Source: Malacoraja senta
Lineage: Eukaryota
Direction of reading: 5' to 3'
Assembly (NCBI GenBank): GCA_038087875.1
Contig: CM075985.1
Coordinates: forward strand, 25,296,001 to 25,360,000
Length of the DNA stretch: 64,000 bases
The notes under the pieces were generated by a model. That model did no database searches and was not told where the DNA came from. It saw nothing but the letters and a program-made list of their open reading frames with translations. Shown here piece by piece: positions 57,101 to 64,000 of the stretch. Every line of letters starts with the position of its first letter. Within the stretch, counting starts at the first letter, position 1. The position numbers and the translations under genes are program-made.

Positions 57101-60100
57101 TGTACCAACTTCAGATTTTGTGGAAGCTCAGCAAGTATTCCAAGAACTACTGAACAGAAATTTAGAACATAAGGAGCGGTAAAGTGCCACAGCTGGTGCA
57201 ACTCCTACCTCACAGCACCAGAGACTTCAGATTGATTTGTTCCATGGGTGTTGTGTGCATGGAGATTACATGTACTCCCTGTTATGTGTGCCTTTCCTAC
57301 AAGTGTCAGAAATATATTGTCACTAACCTGATGTAGTACTGGTAGTGGTCTCAGTTGTTGATGTAGTTGTTGGTGTTTCTAGTGAAAGAAAATAATGCAA
57401 TATTCAACCAAGACAGCCAAGAGGAATTGGTATACAGCTAATTATTGGTAGTCAGGAAACCATCAGCAGGAATTCATATGCTGGCACACATTATTAAAAT
57501 GTTTAACAGATGGCATTTTTGTTCTTCATAGAATAAAATTGTAGGGCAAAACATACTTTTGATCAATCAGCAGCTGAATATTTCTGTGCCATCACAAATA
57601 ATCCTGAGCTATCTATATACCAGTTGCGGATTTCCTGGAAGATCAACCGTCTTCCAAAGACCGCAAGGTCTACTTAATACCATAATTTCTAATAGTATGG
57701 AATGTGTGTACTATGGGTAAGCATGTCTGTTCATATGTCCCATTGATACATGATTCTCAACTTGCATAAAATGTGTTCATATTAATCATGGTTTTGTTTT
57801 TTGCTACGGAATGTCCGAAGAAATAGAGAAGCAGAAAACACCAACACATATCCTCCACAAATCTGAACTATTTTGAAATTGTGTCATGATTTGGTACAAT
57901 TGTTATGAGCCAAACATTGACATCTTAACGTGTATATTTGCACAATTTATGCCAATAATGTGAGCAAAGATGCAAGAAGTAAGTCACAGAGCTGATGTTA
58001 GAAATGTTGTTTCATTGTCTTTGATTTGCCAATGTTTATGGAAAGTGGTTTCACTCACCTGTTGTGGAACTGGAGGTGGACTCAGTTGTACCAGTTGTCA
58101 AAGATGTTGTTGGTGTTGTTCCTAAAGAGCAAATAGAAAAGCATTTACAAATTGAATTGCAAGAGTCACCAATCAATTTCAGTACGATACTGCACATTTT
58201 CCTGAGACTGGGCTGAATTTTAACAATGTTCATTGTTCGTGCCTAAGCAAAGGACATTTAGAAGTTAACCATATTTTGCTTCGTCATTGATCAAGGACCG
58301 AAATTATGAAAAGACATTGTGATTCTTCAAAGAAAGTTCTGAACTCCTTTATTGATCTATTTTGGAAAAATCATTGAGCAGAAACAAAACTGTTTAACAG
58401 CGTTGCCATGACCAAAAACTCCCGGAATAGTGGAAGAGGCGAAGGGAAGAGACCTTTTCTATAAAAGTGAAAATCCTTATCCATGTCAACTGAAAAGTGC
58501 CAGCCTCTATGCTCTTTTTAAAATTATTTAGGCAACCAGCACCAAAAGGCCACCTTAATATGGTAGAGGCTTCTATATTTTCGTGGTGAGAAACTACATT
58601 TTTTGAATAAAGGAATGAACAAATATTCCTGAAGAGGGTGCTGTGTAGAACTTCACTAAACAAAGCACAGTCCTAAAGGAAAAGCTAACAAGATTGATAG
58701 ATAATGTTACTAACCTGATGTGGTGCTGGTGGTGGTCTCAGTTGTTGGTGTCGTTTCTAGTGAAAGAAAGAATGCTGTATTCAAGTGGAGCAGCCAAGAG
58801 GAATTGGTACACAGTTATAAAGCCATCAACAGCAATTCATGAGCTGGCACATTTTATGAAAGTGTTTTAATATGTAGACTGGTTACTTCTTAATAATATA
58901 TGCAAAGATAAACTGCTCAGCAACAACAGACTGTGTCCCCCGCGGCCTCTCCACGGCGTTCAGCGCCCAGCTCGCCTATTTCACCACCTCAACTCGGTGG
59001 GTCTCCGGTGATGGCCCCGGTCACTTCCCCGTCATTTCACCAGTGAATTGAATAAAGCATGCGGCCATACTATACGGCTGCATTACTTTTTCCTTGTCAA
59101 TCAGCAGCTGAATATTTCAGGGCCATCATAAACAATTTCAATTTTTTAATGTACCAACTTCAGATTTTGTGGAAGCTCAGCAAGTATTCTAAGAACTACT
59201 GATCAGAAATTTAGAACATAAGGAGCGGTAAAGTGCCACAGCTGGTGCAACTCCTACCTCGCACCACCAGAGAATTCAGATTGATTTGTTCCACAGGTGT
59301 TGTGTGCATGGAGGTTACATGTACTCCTGTTGTGTGTGCCTTTCCTACAAGTGTCTGAAATATATTGTCACTAACCTGATGTAGTACTGGTTGTGGTCTC
59401 AGTTGTTGATGTAGTTGTTGGTGTTTCTACTGAAAGAAAATAATGCAATATTCAACCAAGGCAGCCAAGAGAAATTGGTATACACCTAACTATTGGTAGT
59501 CAGGAAACCATCAGCAGGAATTCATATGCTGGCACACTTTATTAAAATGTTTAACAGATGGCATTTTTGTTCTTCGTAGAATAAAATGGCAGGCCAAATT
59601 ATATCTGATCAATCAGCAGCTGAATATTTCTGTGCCATCACAAATAAACCTGTTCTCTCTATATACCAGTTGCAGATTTCCTGGAAGATCAACCGTCTTC
59701 CAAATACTGCAAGGTCTACTTAATACCATATTTTCTAATACCATTATTCGTTGATCCATTTTTGAAAAATCTTTGAGCTGAAACAAAACTGTTTAACAGC
59801 GTTGCCATGACCAAAAACTCCCGGAATAGTGGAAGAGGCGAAGGGAAGAGACCTTTTCTATAAAAGTGAAAATCCTGATCCATGTCTACTGAAAGGTGCC
59901 AGACTCAATTCACTTTTTAAATTATTATTGCAGGCAATCAGCACCAAAAGGCCTCCTTAATTCGGTAGTTGTTTCTATATTTTCTTGGTGAGAAACTACA
60001 TTTTTGGAATAAAGCAATGAACAAATATTCCTGAAGAGGGTGCTATATAGAGCTTCACTAAACAAAGCACAGTCCTAAAGGAAAAGCTAACAAGATTGAT

Positions 60101-63100
60101 AGATGATGTTACTAACCTGATGTAGTGCTGGTGGTGGTCTCTGTTGTTGGTGTTGTTTCTAGTGAAAGAAAAGATTGCTGTATTGAAGTGGGGCAGCCAA
60201 TAGGAATTGGTACACAGTTATAAAGCCATCAACAGGAATTCATGAGCTGGCATATTTTATGAAAACGTTTTACTAGTTGTCACTTTCTTCATCAGTCAAT
60301 AAAGCATGCGGCCATACTATATGGCTGCATTGATTTTTCCTCGTCTTTCAGAAATTGCAGGCGATCAGGCATTTAGTAAGATTGAGTTGGCACAGATGTG
60401 CAGCTGGTAGAGCTGCAGCCTCATAGTGTTAGAGATTTGTATTCTATCCTGACCTCGGTTGCTGTCTATGCTGGGATTGCACGTTCTCCTTTTCACTGCC
60501 TGTGATCCCCCAAGTTTTTAACAGAGGATGATACTGACCTGATGTTGTGGTGGTCCCAGATGTTGATGTAGTTGTTTCTAGTGAAATAAAAAAATGTTAT
60601 GTTCCACTGAGACAAACAAGAGGAATTGTTATGCAGTTTAGAATCCTTCAACAGGAATTTATCAACTGGCACCTTTTAATAAAACATTTTACACTTGATA
60701 TTTCCTTATCAGTGAATAAAGCGTGCGGCCATACAATGCTGCTGCATTACTTTTTCCTTGTCAATCAGCAGCTGAATATGTCAGGGCCATCACAAACAAT
60801 TTCAATTTCTTAATGTACCAACTTCAGATTTTGTGGAAGCTCAGCAAGTATTCCAAGAACTACTGATCAGAAATTTAGAACATAAGGAGTGGTAAAGTGC
60901 CACAGCTGGTGCAACTCCTACCTCACAGCACCAGAGACTTCAGATTGATTTGTTCCATGGGTGTTGTGTGCATGGAGATTACATGTACTCCCTGTTATGT
61001 GTGCCTTTCCTACAAGTGTCAGAAATATATTGTCACTAACCTGATGTAGTACTGGTAGTGGTCTCAGTTGATGATGTAGTTGTTGGTGTTTCTAGTGAAA
61101 GAAAATAATGCAATATTTAACCAAGACAGCCAAGAGGAATTGGTATACAGCTAACTATTGGTAGTCAGGAAACCATCAGTAGGAATTCAGGTGCTGGCAC
61201 ACTTTATTAAAATGTTTAACAGATGGCATTTTTCTTCTTCATAGAATAAAATTGTAGGGCAAAACATACATTTGATCAATCAGCAGCTGAATATTTCTGT
61301 GCCATCACAAATAATCCTGTGCTATCTATACACCAGTTGCGGATTTCCTGGAAGATCAACCGTCTTCCAAAGACCGCAAGGTCTACTTAATACCATAATT
61401 TCTAATAGTATGCAATGTGTGTACTATGGGTAAGCACGTCTGTTCATATGTCCCATCGATACATGATTCTCAACTTGCATAAAATGTGTTCAAATTAATC
61501 ATGGTTTTGTTTTATGCTACGGAATGTCCGAAGAAATAGAGAAGCAGAAAACACCAACACATATCCTCCACAAATCTGAACTATTTTGAAATTGTGTCAT
61601 AATTTGGTACAATTGTTATGAGCCAAACATTGACATCTTAACGTGTATATTTGCACAATTTATGCCAATAATGTAAGCAAAGATGCAAGAAGTAAGTCAC
61701 AGAGCTGATGTTAGAAATGTTGTTTCATTGTCTTTGATTTGCCAATGTTTATGGAAAGTGGTTTGACTCACCTGTTGTGGAACTGGAGGTGGACTCAGTT
61801 GTACCAGTTGTCAAAGATGTTGTTGGTGTTGTTCCTTGAGAGCAAATAGAAAAGCATTTACAAATTGAATTGCAAGAGTCACCAATCAATTTCAGTACGA
61901 TACTGCACATTTTCCTGAGACTGGGCTGAATTTTAACAATGTTCATTGTTTGTGCCTAAGCAAAGGACATTTAGAAGTTAACCAAATTTTGCTTCGTCAT
62001 TTATCAAGGACCGAAATTATGAAAAGACATTGTGATTTTTCAAAGAAAGTTCTGAACTCCTTTATTGATCCATTTTGGAAAAATCATTGAGCACAAACAA
62101 AACTGTTTAACAGCGTTGCCATGACCAAAAACTCCCGAAATAGTGGAAGAGGCGAAGGGAAGAGACCTTTTCTATAAAAGTGCCAGCCTCTATGCTATTT
62201 TTAAAATTATTTAGGCAACCAGCACCAAAAGGCCACCTTAATATGGTAGAGGCTTCTATATTTTCGTGGTGAGAAACTACATTTTTTGAATAAAGGAATG
62301 AACAAATATTCCTGAAGAGGGTGCTGTGTAGACCTTCACTAAACAAAGCACAGTCCTAAAGGAAAAGCTAACAAGATTGATAGATGATGTTACTAACCTG
62401 ATGTAGTGCTGGTGGTGGTCTCAGTTGTTGGTGTCGTTTCTAGTGAAAGAAAGAATGCTGTATTCAAGTGGAGCAGCCAAGAGGAATTGGTACACGGTTA
62501 TAAAGCCATCAACAGCAATTCATGAGCTGGCACATTTAATGAAAGTGTTTTAATATGTAGATTGGTTACTTCTTAATAATATATGCAAAGATAAACTGCT
62601 CAGCAACAACAGACTGTGTCCCCCGCGGCCTCTCCACGGCGTTCAGCGCCCAGCTCGCCTATTTCACCACCTCAACTCGGTGGGTCTCCGGTGATGGCCC
62701 CGGTCACTTCCCCGGTCACTTCCCTGTCATTTCACCAGTGAATTGAATAAAGCATGCGGCCATACTATACGGCTGCATTACTTTTTCCTTGTCAATCAGC
62801 AGCTGAATATTTCAGGGCCATCATAAACAATTTCAATTTCTTAATGTACCAACTTCAGATTTTGTGGAAGCTCAGCAAGTATTCTAAGAACTACTGATCA
62901 GAAATTTAGAACATAAGGAGCGGTAAAGTGCCACAGCTGGTGCAACTCCTACCTCACAGCACCAGAGAATTCAGATTGATTTGTTCCACAGGTGTTGTGT
63001 GCATGGAGATTACATGTACTCCTGTTGTGTGTGCCTTTCCTACAAGTGTCTGAAATATATTGTCACTAACCTGATGTAGTACTGGTTGTGGTCTCAGTTG

Positions 63101-63853
63101 TTGATGTAGTTGTTGGTGTTTCTACTGAAAGAAAATAATGCAATATTCAACCAAGGCAGCCAAGAGGAATTGGTATACACCTAACAATTGGTAGTCAGGA
63201 AAACATCAGCAGGAATTCATATGCTGGCACACTTTATTAAAATGTTTAACAGATGGCATTTTTGTTCTTCGTAGAATAAAATGGCAGGCCAAATTATATC
63301 TGATCAATCAGCAGCTGAATATTTCTGTGCCATCACAAATAAACCTGTTCTCTCTATATACCAGTTGCAGATTTCCTGGAAGATCAACCGTCTTCCAAAT
63401 ACCGCAAGGTCTACTTAATACCATATTTTCTAATACCATTATTCGTTGATCCATTTTTGAAAAATCTTTGAGCTGAAACAAAACTGTTTAACAGCGTTGC
63501 CATGACCAAAAACTCCCGGAATAGTGGAAGAGGCGAAGGGAAGAGACCTTTTCTATAAAAGTGAAAATCCTTATCCATATCTACTGTAAGGTGCCAGACT
63601 CAATTCACTTTTTAAATTATTATTGCAGGCAATCAGCACCAAAAGGCCTCCTTAATTCGGTAGTTGTTTCTATATTTTCTTGGTGAGAAACTACATTTTT
63701 GGAATAAAGCAATGAACAAATATTCCTGAAGAGGGTGCTATATAGAGCTTCACTAAACAAAGCACAGTCCTAAAGGAAAAGCTAACAAGATTGATAGATG
63801 ATGTTACTAACCTGATGTAATGCTGGTGGTGGTCTCTGTTGTTGGTGTCGTTT
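140..63853 (-). CDS. Internal part of a multi-exon mucin-like (Thr/Ser-rich PTS domain) gene; 104 phase-1 micro-exons, ~5,010 nt, ~1,670 aa in this window; both ends outside the window
   Basis: Every exon has canonical AG/GT ends on the minus strand, a length divisible by 3, and ends in G so that junction codons are GAA or GGA (GAC once). I saw no stop codon or indel in any exon copy, while introns carry many indels. Composition of the 96-aa unit: T57 S19 E10 P5 G3 L1 I1. Confidence 0.9.
410..520 (+). mobile_element. Degenerate tRNA-derived SINE 5' relic (HE1-like), repeated in every A-B intron
   Basis: tggcacagatgtgcagctggtagagctgcagcctcatagtgttagaga...tatcctgacctcggttgctgtctatg...ttgcacgttctcc resembles the A-box/B-box head of shark/ray SINEs; recognised from memory, not aligned. 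Confidence 0.65.
562..600 (-). CDS. Micro-exon type B, 39 nt, ETTTSTSGTTTTS
   Basis: Minus strand tttttttatttcactag|AAACAACT...ACATCAG|gtcagt. 18 copies at 562, 4288, 8024, 11750, 14218, 17913, 21637, 25347, 29942, 33669, 37382, 41077, 43391, 47104, 50799, 53113, 56826, 60539. Confidence 0.88.
911..1035 (+). mobile_element. Second degenerate tRNA-derived SINE relic (HE1-like), in every B-C intron, with a paralogous copy in every E-F intron (e.g. 2972-3095)
   Basis: gagcggtaaagtgccacagctggtgcaactcctacctcacagcaccagagacttcagattgat...gggtgttgtgtgcatggagattacatgtactccctgt resembles the same SINE head; heavily CpG-decayed. Confidence 0.6.
1065..1115 (-). CDS. Micro-exon type C, 51 nt, ETPTTTSSTETTTSTTS
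   Basis: Minus strand ttttctttcactag|AAACACCA...ACATCAG|gttagt. 18 copies at 1065, 4790, 8526, 12254, 14720, 18414, 22124, 25850, 30444, 34171, 37884, 41579, 43893, 47606, 51301, 53615, 57328, 61041. Confidence 0.88.
1796..1858 (-). CDS. Micro-exon type D, 63 nt, consensus GTTPTTSLTTGTTESTSSSTT (this copy has Y for the first S)
   Basis: Minus strand ttttctatttgctctcaag|GAACAACA...ACAACAG|gtgagt; the peptide is visible inside the 65-aa ORFs. Copies at 1796, 5521, 9257, 12985, 15451, 19145, 22855, 26581, 31175, 34902, 38615, 42310, 44624, 48337, 52032, 54346, 58059, 61772, plus a divergent copy at 28858. Confidence 0.9.
2452..2493 (-). CDS. Micro-exon type E (paralog of A), 42 nt, ETTPTTETTTSTTS
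   Basis: Minus strand ttctttctttcactag|AAACGACA...ACATCAG|gttagt. 16 copies at 2452, 6177, 9913, 13641, 16077, 19801, 23511, 27237, 31831, 35558, 39241, 45280, 48963, 55002, 58715, 62398. Confidence 0.88.
2610..2795. other. Insert with a GC/CpG-rich core in the E-F intron, containing a 12-bp mini-repeat (CCCCGGTCACTT x1-2)
   Basis: Replaces about 25 bp of the paralogous A-B intron. Two 12-mer copies in most units; one copy at ~13940, 35860, 45580, 55300, 59015. Confidence 0.75.
3125..3175 (-). CDS. Micro-exon type F (paralog of C), 51 nt (54 nt if the upstream CAG is used), ETPTTTSTTETTTSTTS
   Basis: Minus strand ttttctttcagtag|AAACACCA...ACATCAG|gttagt. 15 copies at 3125, 6857, 10586, 16750, 20474, 24184, 27910, 32503, 36219, 39914, 45941, 49636, 55663, 59376, 63071. 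Confidence 0.86.
28213..28454 (-). mobile_element. 5'-truncated CR1-clade LINE (elasmobranch HER1-like) 3' end, intronic, single copy
   Basis: Absent from all other units at the site gcag-atttc-ctggaag. Flanked by ATTTC direct repeats (28208-28212 and 28455-28459). Minus strand encodes FTQGVVKLWNSLPQKLDEASSLAIFKRELDVALVAKGIRGYGEKAGTGY*, resembling the CR1 ORF2 C-terminus, and ends in a TTTCTATG-type 8-mer tail. Confidence 0.9.
28858..28920 (-). CDS. Divergent micro-exon D', 63 nt, GTTPTTYLINGTTESTTSSTT
   Basis: Minus strand tttctatttgctcttcag|GAACAACA...ACAACAG|gtgagt; same length and phase as D; single copy in the window. Confidence 0.85.
32900..58040. repeat. Higher-order repeat, period 9,722 bp (3713+3695+2314), about 2.6 copies
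   Basis: Exact 9,722-bp offsets: ORFs 33677/43399/53121, 37390/47112/56834 and 41085/50807, with shared diagnostic variants. Confidence 0.95.
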
Positions 63854-64000
63854 CTAGTGAAAAAAAAGAATGCTGTATTCAAGTGGGGCAGCCAAGAGGA
63901 ATTGGTACGCAGTTATAAAGCCATCAACAGGAATTCATGAGCTGGCATATTTTATGAAAACGTTTTACTAGTTGTCACTTTCTTCATCAGTCAATAAAGC

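Larger units (their letters stand above)
1..64000. repeat. Tandem macro-repeat array, ~3.7-kb unit, about 18 copies, runs off both ends of the window
   Basis: The same ORF-track peptides recur at ~3.7-kb spacing (e.g. 1773, 5498, 9234, 12962). Exon A to exon A spacings are 3726, 3735 and 3726 bp. Shortened units of 2,468 bp (B 11750 to B 14218) and 2,314 bp (B 41077 to B 43391; B 50799 to B 53113), and one extended unit at 25-29.5 kb. Confidence 0.99.

Noticed and set aside
140-63853. Assigning a gene symbol (MUC2, MUC5AC, MUC19 or similar)
   Set aside because: Only low-complexity PTS exons are in the window; no diagnostic domain or syntenic neighbour is visible.
1-64000. CRISPR array, rDNA/5S, histone or snRNA tandem cluster, or V/D/J segment array with RSS
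   Set aside because: No short repeat-unique spacer pattern and no recognisable RNA gene or histone ORF. The cacagtc near exons A/E is not a CACAGTG heptamer with a correctly spaced nonamer. The short coding pieces are bounded by splice sites.

Overview
Eukaryotic genomic DNA, probably from a cartilaginous fish (skate/ray-type CR1 LINE tail and HE1-like SINE relics; taxon is an inference). The whole 64 kb is a tandem array of about 18 copies of a ~3.7-kb unit. None of the supplied ORFs is a real gene. Instead, the minus strand carries 104 micro-exons (39, 42, 51 or 63 nt), each with a polypyrimidine-AG acceptor and a GT(T/C/G)AGT donor, and all symmetric phase 1-1. Spliced, they give about 1,670 aa of uninterrupted Thr/Ser/Glu-rich mucin-type (PTS) sequence. 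A full unit has 6 exons, 288 nt, 96 aa, about 59% Thr and 20% Ser: ETPTTTSTTETTTSTTS-ETTPTTETTTSTTS-GTTPTTSLTTGTTESTSSSTT-ETPTTTSSTETTTSTTS-ETTTSTSGTTTTS-ETTPTTETTTSITS. The start, stop and folded domains of the gene lie outside the window, so it cannot be named. The array is hierarchical: one exon+intron module, then a 4-exon 2.3-kb block, then a degenerate dimer of 3.7 kb, then a recent 9,722-bp higher-order repeat. It includes frame-preserving deletion units, gene-conversion chimeras and one divergent relic segment (28.1-29.3 kb) with a 5'-truncated CR1 insertion and a unique NGT sequon. All coordinates and counts were read by hand.
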